A stretch of DNA of 52,772 nt from Planctomycetota bacterium (GTDB lineage Bacteria; Planctomycetota; Planctomycetia; Pirellulales; Lacipirellulaceae), in NCBI GenBank assembly GCA_039190745.1, contig JBCCXZ010000022.1:1-52772 (forward strand), given 5' to 3'. Shown one piece after another: positions 34,798 to 45,753 of the stretch; within the stretch, counting starts at the first letter, position 1; the number at the start of each line of letters is the position of its first letter. The notes under the pieces were generated by a model, which saw only the letters and a program-made list of their open reading frames with translations, searched no databases and had not been told where the DNA came from. The position numbers were made by a program, and so were the translations under genes.

Positions 34798-35523
34798 TCA
34801 GCTGCCGCCATTGTTGATTATACCAGAGCCACCGATAACCTGCCTTGTGATTGCGTCAGGGGTCCCAATCGAAACCACGCGCACCGCGCCCAGCTGCGCC
34901 GCCGCGGCCGGGTTGGCGAACCCCGCTTTCGGCGCCACGAACGTGCAGGTCATATCTGCCCGGACCGTCGCCGCAGCCGGCTCGCCGGTGTCGCAGTCGA
35001 GGCCGCTCGGCAGATCGACTGCCAGCCGCTTTGCCGGCTGCTCGTTCATCCAACGGATCGCGGCGGCCAACGGCTCCCGCGGTTCGCCTTGCACGCCGGT
35101 ACCCAGCAGGGCGTCGATCAGCCACGCCGAATCGACATAACGGTCGGAGAGCGCCGCGGCCATGTCGGCTTCGCCTGACAGCTTTTCGATCGGCACGCCG
35201 CAGCCGCGGAGCACTTGCAGATTGGTCAGCGCGTCGCCCGCGATCTCCTCGGCCGGGGCCAGCAGCGCCACGCGCGGCGCCCCGCCGCGGATCGCCAGGT
35301 GCCGGGCAATCACAAACCCATCGCCGCCGTTGTTGCCCTTGCCGCAGAGGATCGTCACTGGCGGCGGTCGGTTGCCCACGACCGCGGGGTCCGCGGCGAT
35401 CAACTCTTCGACTACGCCCCGGCCGGCGTTCTCCATCAGCACCACGCCAGGCAGACCGAGCGACTCGATCGCCAAGCGGTCGATCTCGCGGGACTGAGCC
35501 CGTGTGAGTGACACGCTTTGCAT
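34798..35523 (-). CDS. nnrE: NAD(P)H-hydrate epimerase (YjeF N-terminal domain, stand-alone)
   Basis: LMENAG, CGKGNNGGDG, IDALLGTG, AVDLPSG, ADMTCTF. Confidence 0.92.
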   Translation of the reverse strand: MQSVSLTRAQSREIDRLAIESLGLPGVVLMENAGRGVVEELIAADPAVVGNRPPPVTILCGKGNNGGDGFVIARHLAIRGGAPRVALLAPAEEIAGDALTNLQVLRGCGVPIEKLSGEADMAAALSDRYVDSAWLIDALLGTGVQGEPREPLAAAIRWMNEQPAKRLAVDLPSGLDCDTGEPAAATVRADMTCTFVAPKAGFANPAAAAQLGAVRVVSIGTPDAITRQVIGGSGIINNGGS

Positions 35524-35529
35524 GCGAGC

Positions 35530-35535
35530 ATTATA
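35530..35535 (-). promoter_or_regulatory. -10 box 6 nt upstream of the nnrE ATG (candidate leaderless promoter)
   Basis: Minus strand reads TATAAT-GCTCGC-ATG; no Shine-Dalgarno. Confidence 0.5.
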
Positions 35536-35578
35536 CCCGCGGGGATGGAATCCAACCGATTTCGGATGCGGACAGACG

Positions 35579-36952
35579 CTACGGGATGGTAAACACCGTG
35601 CCGGTGACAACGCCTGTCTGGAACAACGCCGCCCGCCAGGTGAACGGCATGCCGCCGTACAGCCGCGGGGCGCAGTTGCCCGGGCGGTAGTGCCCCAGCG
35701 TGTAAACGCACTCGTTGGGCGTTTTCAGTCCCATCTTGTACGGCAGGATCGGCAAGGTGCCGAAGAAATGCACGCCCGAGAGCAGCGGCTGGGCGTAGAA
35801 GCCGAACGTGTGGCCGTAGCGCTCTAGCGCCACCTGCTCGAAGTAGAGCGGCTTGTGGCAGAGGTTGGCGGCCTTCCAGGTATAGGTGATCTGCGGCCAC
35901 TGGCGCGGCTCGTAGAGCTCGCTGCCCAGCCCGCACTCGAACGGGTAATCGACGCCGGCGTCGCCCTCGACCGTGATGTCGAGGCTGATTGAATCGATCC
36001 GGTCGCCGACAATCTTCTCGTACTCTTCCTCGCAGTTGCGCTCGGCTTCTTCGCGTTCGCGCTGCATGAACTGGCGGCGCCGCTCCTCGTCGCCCCCGAA
36101 CTGCATGGCCTCGGGCAGCGGCATGCCGCCCTCGATTTTGAATTCCTCATCGCCCTCGTCGAAACCACGCGGGGTCTCGAACGACTCGTCTGGATCGTCG
36201 GTCAGCAGCTCGTTCAAGAAATCGTCCGCCGGCTCCTCAAATCGCTCACCCAGGTCTTCACGCGGCTCGCGAGCCCGCCGCTGGATCTCTTCGTCGATCG
36301 CCGCGGCGGCCTCGTCTGGGTCGCTCTGGGGCAGCGGCTCGGCAACCTCGTCGAGCTTCTCGAAAGGATTTGCCTCGTCCTCACGGTACTGCAGCAGCTG
36401 CGTGAGGCGATCGCCTTCCGACCCGGTCGATTCGATTTGGTTCACGGCCAGCAGCGTGATCTCAGGCTCGGCCTCGGCGGTCTCGCTGGCGAGTTTGATC
36501 AGTCGATCGGCAAACGCGAGCGGCTCTTCGTCGACCGCGAATTCCGGAATTGAAACTTCCGGTGTAGAAACCGCCGGAGCGGTTGACTCGTGGGCAACGA
36601 CCACTGCCCCCGCGGGAGCCGGCTGGCCCTCCAGCGAAGCGGTCGATTCTCCCCAAGCCAATCCGTTGCTGTCGAGTTCTCTGCCGCGGGACGATGGGGC
36701 GTCACTCAGGCTGGGCGCCCGGAATCGTAAGGTACCCGTCTCGACGGTGTTCGCGGACCGTGCCGCAGCGGGCTCCGCGTGCCCGTCGTGGGCCGACCCC
36801 CACAGCAGGCCGTCGGCGGCCGAGCCAACGGGCGTTGCGAGAACGCACAACGCCCCCGCCCATGCGAGCGCGAGCCGCGGCCGGCTAGCCCTTCTCCGAC
36901 GAGAGGAACTCGGCGGTGTAGTTGGGCGCTTCCTGAGTGATAGCAATGTCAT
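35579..36952 (-). CDS. Hypothetical secreted protein with an acidic linker and ordered C-terminal domain
   Basis: Arg-rich N-region followed by a hydrophobic signal; C-terminal [22 protein letters not shown]...[13 protein letters not shown]. Start uncertain (overlaps the guaB 3' end). Confidence 0.65.
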   Translation of the reverse strand: MTLLSLRKRPTTPPSSSRRRRASRPRLALAWAGALCVLATPVGSAADGLLWGSAHDGHAEPAAARSANTVETGTLRFRAPSLSDAPSSRGRELDSNGLAWGESTASLEGQPAPAGAVVVAHESTAPAVSTPEVSIPEFAVDEEPLAFADRLIKLASETAEAEPEITLLAVNQIESTGSEGDRLTQLLQYREDEANPFEKLDEVAEPLPQSDPDEAAAAIDEEIQRRAREPREDLGERFEEPADDFLNELLTDDPDESFETPRGFDEGDEEFKIEGGMPLPEAMQFGGDEERRRQFMQREREEAERNCEEEYEKIVGDRIDSISLDITVEGDAGVDYPFECGLGSELYEPRQWPQITYTWKAANLCHKPLYFEQVALERYGHTFGFYAQPLLSGVHFFGTLPILPYKMGLKTPNECVYTLGHYRPGNCAPRLYGGMPFTWRAALFQTGVVTGTVFTIP

Positions 36953-38372
36953 GCGGATGGTTCTCCCGCACGCCGGCCGGCGAGATTCGGATGAATCGCG
37001 CTTCCGTGCGCAGTTCTTGGATGGTCCGTGTGCCGCAGTACCCCATGCCGGCCCGCAAGCCGCCGACAAGCTGGTAGAGGAACGGGCTGAGCGACCCCTT
37101 GTAGGGGACGCGCCCTTCGACCCCTTCGGGTACTAGTTTCCCTTTTCCCTTCGACCGTGTGTCCTGCCGGTAGCGTTCGCTGGAGCCGTGCACCATGGCC
37201 CCCAGCGAACCCATGCCGCGGTATGTTTTGTAGGTGCGTCCCTGGTAGAGGACGCGTTCGCCGGGGCTCTCGTCCAGCCCGGCGAGCAGGCCGCCGAGCA
37301 TCACAACGTGGGCGCCGGCGGCGATGGCCTTGGTGATGTCCCCGGAGTAGCGGATGCCCCCGTCGGCGATGATGGTTGTCCCGGACCCCTCTGCGGCTTT
37401 GGCGGCGTTGTAGACGGCGGTGATCTGGGGCACCCCGATGCCCGAGATGACCCGCGTCGTGCAGATCGAGCCGGGCCCGATGCCGACCTTCACCGCGTCG
37501 GCCCCCGCGCGGATCAGCTCGCGGCAGCCCTCGCCGGTGGCGACGTTGCCCGCCACCACGTCAATGTCCCAACGCTGTTTCAGTCCCTTGATCGTGTCGA
37601 TCACGTTCCGCGAGTGGCCGTGTGCGCTGTCGACCACCAGCACGTCGACGTCCTTCTCGATCAGGCTCTCGGCCCGCTGGAAGTCGCCCACCCCGATCGC
37701 CGCGCCGACGCGCAGCCGCCCCTGGGCGTCTTTGGACGCCTGCGGGAAGCGGCGCATCATGTCGATGTCTTTGATCGTGATGAGGCCCGTCAGTTTGTAG
37801 TTTTCGTCAACCAGCAGAAGCTTCTCGACCTTTTTTGCCATCAAAATCTTTTCAGCTTCCGCAAGCGTTACGGTCCCCGTAGCCGTTACTAATTGCCCTT
37901 TGGTCATTACATCGGAGACGGGCAGGTGGTTGTCCTCGTCCTCGAGGAACCGCAGGTCGCGGCGGGTGAGGATGCCCGCTAGCTTGCCGTCGACCTGGGT
38001 GATGGGGATGCCAGAGACGCGGGACTGCTCCATCGCCGTGCGGGCCTGGCCGACGCTAGCATCGGGCGGCAGGGTCACCGGGTCGACGATGATGCCATTG
38101 GCGCTGCGTTTGACCTTGTCGACCTCTTGGGTCTGGACGTCGATCGGCATGTTCTTGTGCACGATGCCGACACCGCCCTCCTGGGCCAAGGCGATCGCCA
38201 TCCGGCCCTCGGTGACCGTGTCCATCGGCGAGCTGAGGATGGGGATCTTCAGCTCGATCCGCTCGGTGAGCCTTGTGGCCACGTCGCAATCAGAGGGGAC
38301 GAACTCGCTGGCGCGGGGCTCCACCAGCACGTCGTCGAACGTGAGGCCGGTCGCTACGATCTTGTCTTCCAT
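36885..38372 (-). CDS. guaB: Inosine-5'-monophosphate dehydrogenase
   Basis: [16 protein letters not shown], two CBS domains, [31 protein letters not shown]. Confidence 0.98.
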   Translation of the reverse strand: MEDKIVATGLTFDDVLVEPRASEFVPSDCDVATRLTERIELKIPILSSPMDTVTEGRMAIALAQEGGVGIVHKNMPIDVQTQEVDKVKRSANGIIVDPVTLPPDASVGQARTAMEQSRVSGIPITQVDGKLAGILTRRDLRFLEDEDNHLPVSDVMTKGQLVTATGTVTLAEAEKILMAKKVEKLLLVDENYKLTGLITIKDIDMMRRFPQASKDAQGRLRVGAAIGVGDFQRAESLIEKDVDVLVVDSAHGHSRNVIDTIKGLKQRWDIDVVAGNVATGEGCRELIRAGADAVKVGIGPGSICTTRVISGIGVPQITAVYNAAKAAEGSGTTIIADGGIRYSGDITKAIAAGAHVVMLGGLLAGLDESPGERVLYQGRTYKTYRGMGSLGAMVHGSSERYRQDTRSKGKGKLVPEGVEGRVPYKGSLSPFLYQLVGGLRAGMGYCGTRTIQELRTEARFIRISPAGVRENHPHDIAITQEAPNYTAEFLSSEKG

Positions 38373-38473
38373 CGGGCCGTGCTCGGGCTGCATCGCTTCG
38401 GGTCCTGCTACCGGGGATCGGTTCCGGGTAAGCCCGTTATGATCCCGTCTGCCGCCGCGGACGGCAAGTAGCC

Positions 38474-38551
38474 GGTGCCATGGCCACGCTTGCGTGGCCA
38501 TGTTGGAGCCTTCGATAGCTCGCATGCCCACTCGAGCGTGGGCATGGCACC
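38474..38551. repeat. REP-like doublet family A, copy 2
   Basis: GGTGCCATGGCCACGCTTGCGTGGCCATG ... CATGCCCACTCGAGCGTGGGCATGGCACC. Confidence 0.85.
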
Positions 38552-38587
38552 TGTGCGCATAGAAATTGCCCCTTTTCGGCCGGGCGC

Positions 38588-38625
38588 AAAAAAAGAAGGG
38601 CCCCCGGAATCTCCGGGGGCCCTTC
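38588..38625 (-). terminator. Rho-independent terminator of the porin gene
   Basis: Minus strand GAAGGGCCCCCGGA-GAT-TCCGGGGGCCCTTC-TTTTTTT, 40 nt after the porin stop. Confidence 0.9.
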
Positions 38626-38665
38626 GTGAGAATCAACTCGGTGATTCCGATCTGCTAGGCGGGGC

Positions 38666-39937
38666 CTAGTAGGTCAGGATCATGTCCATCGCGGCGATGT
38701 CCTCGTTGAAGTCCTGACCCGGGACCCAGTCGTGGCGGATCTCGGGGCGGAAGATCAGGTTGTCGAGGGCCTTGATGTTCAGACCGCCGGTCGCCTGGTA
38801 GTGCGACACGGTGTCGTCGCTCCACCACTCGATACGGCCGCCGACACCGAGCCAGTCGTTGACCGAGTAGATCAAGTACTGGTTGATGCCGAGGTCCTCA
38901 TCGCGGGGGCCGGCAGCGACATCTTCGACGTTCTTGTAGTCCGACTGGAAGATGTAGTTCAGGTTGTCGGTCAGGGCCACGTCGACCACGACGCTGTGGC
39001 CGTAGTCGTCGTCGTCGCCCAGGTTGATGGCGCCGAAGTTACCGTAGGTGCAGATGTAGGTCAGCGTGACCGAGTCGAGCAGGTCGACGCTGAAACCGCC
39101 CAGGAAGCTGTTGCCCTGGTTGGTCTGGTCGAAACCGGTGTCCCAACCGAGGGTCCAACCGCCGTAGAGCGTCATGTTCTCGAAACCGCTGTAGGTCGCG
39201 AGGACGCCCGTGTGGGTGAACGGCTCGGAGTTGTACTGCGTCAACGCGTGGCTGAAGAAGAAGTTGTCCGGAGCGGTCACGACTTCGTACCCGACGAGGG
39301 TGTAGAAGTGACCGATGATGACGGACAGGTCGCCCACCGCGACTTCACCGTACAACTGGGGGATGGCCCAGCCGTGGTTGTCGTCGCCGCGGGTGAAGTC
39401 GCCGCCGAAGTCGAACGTGCCGGCGGCGGGGTTGCCGAACGACTGGGTGTCCGGGGCGTCGATACCGTAAACGAAGTCGGCACGGAAGCCGAGGTCGAAG
39501 CCGTTCGACCCGTCGGCCTCGCGGCCCACGAAGAAGTACTGCTGGTGCAGGTTGAAGCTGTCCGGGGTGTCGTTGAACGACGCGCCGCCGGTCGAGGCCA
39601 GCAGGGTGGCCTCATCGGTCCAGCCGTACTGGGTCCAGCCGCCGATGTCGATGCCGTAGTCGGCGAGCCCCGGGATGAAGCCCGCGAGGCTCAGCTTCTC
39701 CAAAGCGGAGATGCCGGCCACGCCGCTGAAGAGGCCGCCGCCTCCAACGCCACAGCCGCATCCGCAGCCGTCGCCACAATCGCAGCCGTCGCACCCGTCG
39801 CAGCCGTCGCAGCAGCTGTCGCAGGCGAACGCTACGCCCTTCACTTGGGAGTCAATGCTCAAACCCTGCTCGGCGAACGCGGGCGTCGCCGACAAGGCCA
39901 GAACAGCGATCCCGACTGTCCATGTCTTGATTGTCAC
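38666..39937 (-). CDS. Outer-membrane beta-barrel porin (BBP2/OmpL-like) with a Cys-rich N-terminus
   Basis: GTG start with AAGGAG RBS; signal peptide; GHFYTLVGYEVV.APDNFFFSH...YNSEPFTHTG; RPEIRHDW; terminal aromatic residue. Confidence 0.85.
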   Translation of the reverse strand: MTIKTWTVGIAVLALSATPAFAEQGLSIDSQVKGVAFACDSCCDGCDGCDGCDCGDGCGCGCGVGGGGLFSGVAGISALEKLSLAGFIPGLADYGIDIGGWTQYGWTDEATLLASTGGASFNDTPDSFNLHQQYFFVGREADGSNGFDLGFRADFVYGIDAPDTQSFGNPAAGTFDFGGDFTRGDDNHGWAIPQLYGEVAVGDLSVIIGHFYTLVGYEVVTAPDNFFFSHALTQYNSEPFTHTGVLATYSGFENMTLYGGWTLGWDTGFDQTNQGNSFLGGFSVDLLDSVTLTYICTYGNFGAINLGDDDDYGHSVVVDVALTDNLNYIFQSDYKNVEDVAAGPRDEDLGINQYLIYSVNDWLGVGGRIEWWSDDTVSHYQATGGLNIKALDNLIFRPEIRHDWVPGQDFNEDIAAMDMILTY

Positions 39938-40309
39938 CTGGAAGCTCCTTCTGTTACTGCCACGCGAAACCCGGGTCCGTACGGGAGTCGGCAAAGGCAC
40001 TTGTCTCATGCGAACGGAGGGCCCAGAGGGTGGGGAAGCCGTGCCCCCCGTCGCGAGGTAATCCGTCCGCCTCGCTGTCATGTATCGACCCTGTCACGAA
40101 GAACGGTCGAGCCGCTCAACGGCAAAAGCGGGGTAAAGCACGGCGGCCCGGCCCCTTTTTGAGAAAGTGTGCCGGTTGTAAGAGTGCTGCACCCGGGTCC
40201 CCGAGGGTACAAGCCAAGGCAGAGGATGGGCACTTGTGACGAACCCGCCTGCTAGGCAAACCAGGCAAAGATTAACGCGCCTCCGCGGCTCCAAGACCCG
40301 CCGCGGGGG

Positions 40310-41035
40310 CTACTCGATCAGGCGCCACTCATCGATGAGCCACACCGCATCCGGGACGATCGTCGGACGCAGCGCCGAGACGCTCACCTGCACGGGCGTC
40401 TCCTGCCCTGGCCCGTTCACGTCGAACAGCATCAAACACTGGATGCGTCCTTTGAGAAAAGCCAGCTCGGCGTCGACGCAACGCAGCCCCGGGGTCTCGC
40501 CACCCGAGACGCTCTCTAACGCCTCCGCGATCGGCTCGCCGCTCAGCAGCCGAGCGTAGTTGGTCACCACGGGCCCCGACGGGCCGATGGCGGGCAGCCC
40601 GGTCGGCTGTTCCGGCGTGAGCTTACGGATAGCCGCAAGCGTGGTCAGCCCCCCCACGGCCTCGGCGTCGCCGGCGGCCATGTTCGTGAGCCAACGCTCG
40701 GCGGTCTCCTCGGCCTGCGACCGGTATCGGCCGTCGCGGGTATATTGGTGCGTCGGCGCCGCGGCGGCGCAGAAGGCCGCCAAGGCCAGCCCCACAGTGG
40801 CCAGCGCTCGTCCCGCCAGCCCGCCGCCGGACGCCGCGATCGAACGGTAGGCCAACAACGCGCAACCCACGGCCGCCACCGGGACCACGATCAGCGGCGG
40901 GCTCACAAAGTTGAGCGGTGACGCCAGCCCCAGCACCAAGGCGACCACCGCGGCGCCGCTGATAGACCGGTAATCGGCCGAGTCGCCGTCCGCGTCGTCG
41001 GGCGGCTGCATCTGGATGGGGGCGGTCGTGCTCAT
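40310..41035 (-). CDS. Membrane protein, DUF4190-like N-terminal TM domain
   Basis: YRSISGAAVVALVLGL...AYRSI...LAGRALA..GL pattern with three TM segments. Confidence 0.6.
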   Translation of the reverse strand: MSTTAPIQMQPPDDADGDSADYRSISGAAVVALVLGLASPLNFVSPPLIVVPVAAVGCALLAYRSIAASGGGLAGRALATVGLALAAFCAAAAPTHQYTRDGRYRSQAEETAERWLTNMAAGDAEAVGGLTTLAAIRKLTPEQPTGLPAIGPSGPVVTNYARLLSGEPIAEALESVSGGETPGLRCVDAELAFLKGRIQCLMLFDVNGPGQETPVQVSVSALRPTIVPDAVWLIDEWRLIE

Positions 41036-41074
41036 GCTTAGTGACTGCTTGGCGAGTAGCTCAAACCCCAATCT

Positions 41075-41145
41075 GTGGGAGGGCTCTCCGAGCCTGATTC
41101 CGCTCGGCCTTGGGTTCCGTAATCGGCCTCAGAGAGGTTTCCCAA
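41075..41145. repeat. REPIN-like family B, copy 5, 71 bp
   Basis: GTGGGAGGGCTCTCCGAGCCTGATT ... AATCGGCCTCAGAGAGGTTTCCCAA. Confidence 0.8.
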
Positions 41146-41223
41146 AGTAACCCCCAAGACCCTGCTTCGGAGCAAGCGAGCGTCGACAGAAAAACTGAAG
41201 GCATCAACGGCAAAAAATAGCTA

Positions 41224-41751
41224 CTAAGACTTGCCCAAGAAAGGGTGGTCAACTCCCTCGGACCGCGCGAACGGTTTCACTACGTTGTAGAAGGGTCTTT
41301 GCAAAGTCTGCAGCATCGTGTTTTGCCAAGATGAGGCCTTCGAACGGTCCCACTCCCCCGCTCGGAACGGCACCCGCTCCAGGGTATAGGTCGCGAAGCT
41401 GACGAACATCACCGCGACGAGCAGGCCCATCAACGGGCCGCCGACGGCCTCAAGCTGCGGGATGAACCGCATCCGCACCTTCGAGCCGCGGTCGGCCAGG
41501 AGCCGCAGGATCGTCACCGACAGGGCGAACGTCAGCCACATGCCCGCGAAGATGAAGTACCAACCGAAATCGGCCTCTTTGCCCGTCTTCTCCATCGCGA
41601 AGACGCCCAGCGGGACGCCGGCGAACACGCCGAGTAGGCCGCTGAACGTGATGACGAAGAAAGTGATCGTGTTGCTCCACAGGCCCTCGCCGACGGTCAT
41701 CGCGATGCCGCCGAAGAGGACGAAGCCGAGCAGTATGCAGAGGTAAAGCAT
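41224..41751 (-). CDS. CvpA-like (colicin V production family) membrane protein
   Basis: Four TM segments; EGLW, and E.VGG.LMGL in the CvpA-like position. Confidence 0.55.
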   Translation of the reverse strand: MLYLCILLGFVLFGGIAMTVGEGLWSNTITFFVITFSGLLGVFAGVPLGVFAMEKTGKEADFGWYFIFAGMWLTFALSVTILRLLADRGSKVRMRFIPQLEAVGGPLMGLLVAVMFVSFATYTLERVPFRAGEWDRSKASSWQNTMLQTLQRPFYNVVKPFARSEGVDHPFLGKS

Positions 41752-41803
41752 CGTTGTTCCAGTGGTGTGCCGCGCCGCGTGTGCGACTTTGTGCGGCGGT
41801 TGG

Positions 41804-43630
41804 TCAGGCCTTGAGGACCCTCATCAGTTCGGGAAGCGACGTCACGCCCTTGGCCACCAGCAAGATGCCCTCCTCCTGCAACGAGCGCTGGTGGTCGAGT
41901 CGAGCCGCCTTCTTGAGCAACTCGACCTTGGGGCTCTTTTCCAATACCTGCCGCATAGGATCGGTAATCACCAGCAGCTCGAAGATGCCCGTCCGACCCA
42001 AATAGCCAAGCCCTTGGCAAGCCTTGCACGGCTTCTCGATCTCCTCCGGCTTGGGCGGCCGGTAGAGTTTCTCGACCGTGCCCGCGGGGATCCCGAGCTT
42101 CTTCAGCACGTCCGGCGGAGGCGTGTACCCGACCTTGCACTCGCAGCACAGCTTGCGGACCAGCCGCTGGTACAGCACCGCCGAAACCGCCGCCGAGAAG
42201 TCGCGTGCCTTCAGCTTCAGCTGCATCAGCCGGATCGGCGCCTCAGCCGCTTCGCGGCCCTGGACGGTCGTGACCACCAGCCGGTCGTCGAGCACCTCGC
42301 CGCACAGAACATTCGCGGTCTCGGCGTTAACGAAGTCGCGGCAGATGTAGACGCCCGGGTACGTACGCACCAAGTCCGGGAGGAGCACGTCGGGCGTCTG
42401 CCCTTCTTTGGAGTCGTAGAAGTTGACGCCGATGTTCTGGACTTCCTTCTCCGGGTGCTGCTTGTCCTCGATTGCGACGAAGTCGCGCATCAACCGGTCG
42501 GTCTCGTTGAGCGAGACGTCCACCACGGTGGTCAGGCCGCCGCCCGGCATGGTCGAGATGATCAGCAGGCCGCGGTCCTGCGCGATCAGCTCCATCCACT
42601 TCTCGGCGAGGCTCTCTCGCATACCCATGTCGGTCAGCGAATCGAAGGTTTGCTCTTCGCGGCCCCGCATCGTGACAACGACCCGCTCGCCGGTCTTCAC
42701 GCCCTGGCTCTCAAGAACGAATGTGTAGCTGTGCCCCTCGTACTTGGCGCCGTACAGGCCTTTCTGCGGTTTCTTGCGTTCCTTGGCGTCGCAGTTGGCC
42801 AAGGTCTTCATCACGGCGAGCATCACATCGGCCGGCTCGCGTTCCTGCGCTTCGCCGGGATGCCACATGCCGTCGATCTCGTGCCGCACCTTCACGTCCT
42901 GCTGCGTGTAGTCCAGCCGCACGCGTTCGGTGCGGCGGTTGTGCATCTCAACCACGAGGTCTTTCAGCAGCAGGTAGCCCGGCGACTGGCGGGCGGTGAG
43001 CAGGTTGGCGTTGTTCTCGTTGACGTCCTCAGCCCCGAGGGCGAGCAGCTCGACCGCAGCGCCTTTTTCGTAGTCCGCCTTCCGTTCGGTCGAGACCTTC
43101 ACCCCGACCTTGCTCAGCAGGTTCGCGAAGAAGAACCGCCACCACGCGCCGGTGAGGACCGTCTCGTGCCGCTCGACGCTCTTGTTGTGCACCAGCACGT
43201 AGGGGATCGACGTGGCCAGCAACGCCACGGCCAGGATCGGCAGCTTGATCAGCATGCCCAGCGGCACGAACAGCAGCACGATCCCCAGCAAGGCAAAGGG
43301 CGCGTACGCGATCGGGTTCCACTTCTTGAAGTTGAGCTCGTGGATCTGCGAATCGCGGTTGACCCAGTCGCCGACCAACACCCAGACGTAAAACAATACG
43401 AACGCGGCGACGATCTTGACGATCGCGACCACGCTGAGCGGGAACGCTTTGGCGCTCTCTGTGAAATCCTTGGCGGGGTTGGGGGGCGGGGCGGCTTCCT
43501 GGCCGAGCGCCGCGGGAGCCGCGGTCAGCGCCAACAGTAGCGCGGCCGCCGCCACCCAGCCGGGGAAGGCGGAGGGCCGTCGGAGCCGACTCGCGTCGGC
43601 GGTTTCTCCCAAGACTGCGGCGGAGTGCAT
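41804..43630 (-). CDS. Membrane-anchored GspE/PilB-family ATPase-like protein with degenerate catalytic motifs
   Basis: N-terminal TM helices; [11 protein letters not shown]...[30 protein letters not shown]; Walker A reads MPGGGLTT. Confidence 0.82.
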   Translation of the reverse strand: MHSAAVLGETADASRLRRPSAFPGWVAAAALLLALTAAPAALGQEAAPPPNPAKDFTESAKAFPLSVVAIVKIVAAFVLFYVWVLVGDWVNRDSQIHELNFKKWNPIAYAPFALLGIVLLFVPLGMLIKLPILAVALLATSIPYVLVHNKSVERHETVLTGAWWRFFFANLLSKVGVKVSTERKADYEKGAAVELLALGAEDVNENNANLLTARQSPGYLLLKDLVVEMHNRRTERVRLDYTQQDVKVRHEIDGMWHPGEAQEREPADVMLAVMKTLANCDAKERKKPQKGLYGAKYEGHSYTFVLESQGVKTGERVVVTMRGREEQTFDSLTDMGMRESLAEKWMELIAQDRGLLIISTMPGGGLTTVVDVSLNETDRLMRDFVAIEDKQHPEKEVQNIGVNFYDSKEGQTPDVLLPDLVRTYPGVYICRDFVNAETANVLCGEVLDDRLVVTTVQGREAAEAPIRLMQLKLKARDFSAAVSAVLYQRLVRKLCCECKVGYTPPPDVLKKLGIPAGTVEKLYRPPKPEEIEKPCKACQGLGYLGRTGIFELLVITDPMRQVLEKSPKVELLKKAARLDHQRSLQEEGILLVAKGVTSLPELMRVLKA

Positions 43631-44793
43631 CAGAGGATACCGCCTTGCGAAACGTCGATGCCCTTGAGCGCCATCTTCAGGGCCTCGCGGTTGGGGGCGA
43701 CCTCCATAGCCACGGTCCGGTCGATAAGCTGCTCGTCCACCAGCTTCTTCAGGCTCTGCGTGAAGTCCTGCATACCGTCCTCGGCGCCGATGCGGATCGC
43801 GTCGCCCAGCTTGTGGTCTTCTTCGTCGAGCACCAACTTCCGCACCGTCGGCGTGAAGGTCATGATCTCGACAGTCGGCACTCGGCTTACGCCTTCCTTG
43901 ATCGACTTGAGCAGCTTCTGGGCGATGATGCCCTTCATGTTCATCGCGATCGCGCTGCGGAGCGCGCTGTGCATCTCTTGCGGGAAGAGGTCGAGGATGC
44001 GGCCGATGGTCGAGGCGGCGCTCGAGGCGTGGATCGTCCCGAACACCAAGTGGCCCGTCTCGGCGGCGTGGATCGCGGTCATGAACGTCTCTTTGTCACG
44101 CATCTCGCCCACGAGCATCACGTCGGGGTCTTCGCGGACGGCGTGCTTCATGCCGATCTCGAAGTCGACCACGTCGAGGCCGATCTCCCGTTGATTGATC
44201 AGGCACTTCTCCTCGGTGAAGACGAACTCGATGGGGTCTTCCAGCGTGAGGATGTGTTTGCGGTAGCCGCGGTTGATCCAGTTGAGCATCGAGGCGATCG
44301 TCGTGCTCTTGCCCGAGCCCGTAACGCCCGCCAGCAGCACCATGCCCTGGTCGTAGGTGCAGAGCTGCTCGATCGACCCCGGCAGGTTCAGGCCCTCGAA
44401 GTCGGGGATCCAGCTGTTCACCCGCCGGGCGACCATGCCGATGTGCCCGAGCTGCTGCAGCAGGTTCACGCGGAACCGCCAGTTCGTGCCGTCGACGTCC
44501 AGCATGTGGGCGAAGTCGGAGCCGCCGTCGCGGTCGAAGATCTTCCGGCTCCGCTCGTTCATCAGCGGGAAGCAGAGGCGGACCATCTCCTCGTCGTCGA
44601 TCGGCCCGCGGTTCATCGGTCGGAGCGAGCCGCCCACACGCACCATGGGGGGCCTGCCGACCTTCAGGTGCAGGTCGCTCGCCTCCAGCTTGACGCACGC
44701 CCGGAAGAGCTTGTTGACCTCCAGTTCTTGGTGCTTGGCGACAAAACTGTCGTAGTCGGCGTCGGAGATCGACGATTTCGAAGCTTGGGACAT
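43630..44793 (-). CDS. pilT: Type IV pilus retraction ATPase, PilT/PilU family
   Basis: [61 protein letters not shown]. Confidence 0.9.
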   Translation of the reverse strand: MSQASKSSISDADYDSFVAKHQELEVNKLFRACVKLEASDLHLKVGRPPMVRVGGSLRPMNRGPIDDEEMVRLCFPLMNERSRKIFDRDGGSDFAHMLDVDGTNWRFRVNLLQQLGHIGMVARRVNSWIPDFEGLNLPGSIEQLCTYDQGMVLLAGVTGSGKSTTIASMLNWINRGYRKHILTLEDPIEFVFTEEKCLINQREIGLDVVDFEIGMKHAVREDPDVMLVGEMRDKETFMTAIHAAETGHLVFGTIHASSAASTIGRILDLFPQEMHSALRSAIAMNMKGIIAQKLLKSIKEGVSRVPTVEIMTFTPTVRKLVLDEEDHKLGDAIRIGAEDGMQDFTQSLKKLVDEQLIDRTVAMEVAPNREALKMALKGIDVSQGGIL

Positions 44794-44828
44794 GGTCTCC
44801 CCCTCCGGGAGCTTGCTCGGGCCGCGGG

Positions 44829-45602
44829 TCAGGCGGCCAGGCGAACGGGCACGCCCCGCTCGGCCATCACGCGTTTGGTTTCTTGTATCGAGTATTCGCC
44901 GAAATGGAAGATGCTGGCCGCCAACGCCGCGTCGGCCTTGCCCGCGGTCACCGCGTCGGCCAAGTGCTCAGGGCTGCCGGCCCCGCCGCTGGCGACCACG
45001 GGGATCGACACCGCCTCGCTCACCGCAGCGGTCATCTCCAGATCATACCCGTCCTTCGTGCCGTCGGCGTCCATGCAAGTGAGCACAATCTCACCCGCCC
45101 CCAGCCGCTCGACCTCGCGGGCCCACTCCACCGCGGCCAGCCCCGTGCCGACCCGGCCGCCGTTGATGTGCACTTCCCACAGCTCCTCGCCGTCGCGCTC
45201 GACCCGCCTTGGATCGATGTTCACCACGGTAGCGCACGAGCCGAAGGCCCGGGCCACCTCGGTCACCAACTCCGGCGTGCGGACCGCCGCGGAGTTGATG
45301 CTCACCTTCTCCGCCCCCGCCTGAATCAGCCGCCGGACGTCTTCCAGCGTGCGGATGCCCCCGCCCACGGTAAGCGGCATGAACACCTGCTCGGCGCACC
45401 GTCGCACGACGTCGGCCATAATGTCGCGGCCTTCGTGGCTGGCGCAGATGTCGAGGAACACCAGCTCGTCCGCCCCCTCGGCGTCGTACCGCGCCGCTAC
45501 GGCAACCGGGTCGCCGGCATCGCGCAGATTGATGAAGTTCGTGCCCTTCACCACGCGCCCGCGGTCGACGTCCAGGCAGGGGATGACACGTTTGGCGAGC
45601 AT
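44829..45602 (-). CDS. hisF: Imidazole glycerol phosphate synthase subunit HisF
   Basis: [52 protein letters not shown]. Confidence 0.98.
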   Translation of the reverse strand: MLAKRVIPCLDVDRGRVVKGTNFINLRDAGDPVAVAARYDAEGADELVFLDICASHEGRDIMADVVRRCAEQVFMPLTVGGGIRTLEDVRRLIQAGAEKVSINSAAVRTPELVTEVARAFGSCATVVNIDPRRVERDGEELWEVHINGGRVGTGLAAVEWAREVERLGAGEIVLTCMDADGTKDGYDLEMTAAVSEAVSIPVVASGGAGSPEHLADAVTAGKADAALAASIFHFGEYSIQETKRVMAERGVPVRLAA

Positions 45603-45753
45603 GCAAGAGAACCGCGGGGAAGGATAAGAACAGAGTGCCTGGGGCGACAGAACGGACGGAATCGACCGAAGTTGCCTAGATCACTCAGTTTAAGTAGCCC
45701 AAGGGGGAGGGTCAACGGTGCGCATGTCCCGCTGCTCTCGATTAGCTACCGCC

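Noticed and set aside
33820..35178. 452-aa plus-strand ORF
   Set aside because: Arg-rich, no motifs, and antisense to three plausible minus-strand genes.
40251..40313. GGCAAACC...GCAAAG resembling a c-di-GMP-I riboswitch
   Set aside because: The GNRA-capped stem cannot be formed, and it lies on the strand opposite the downstream porin gene.
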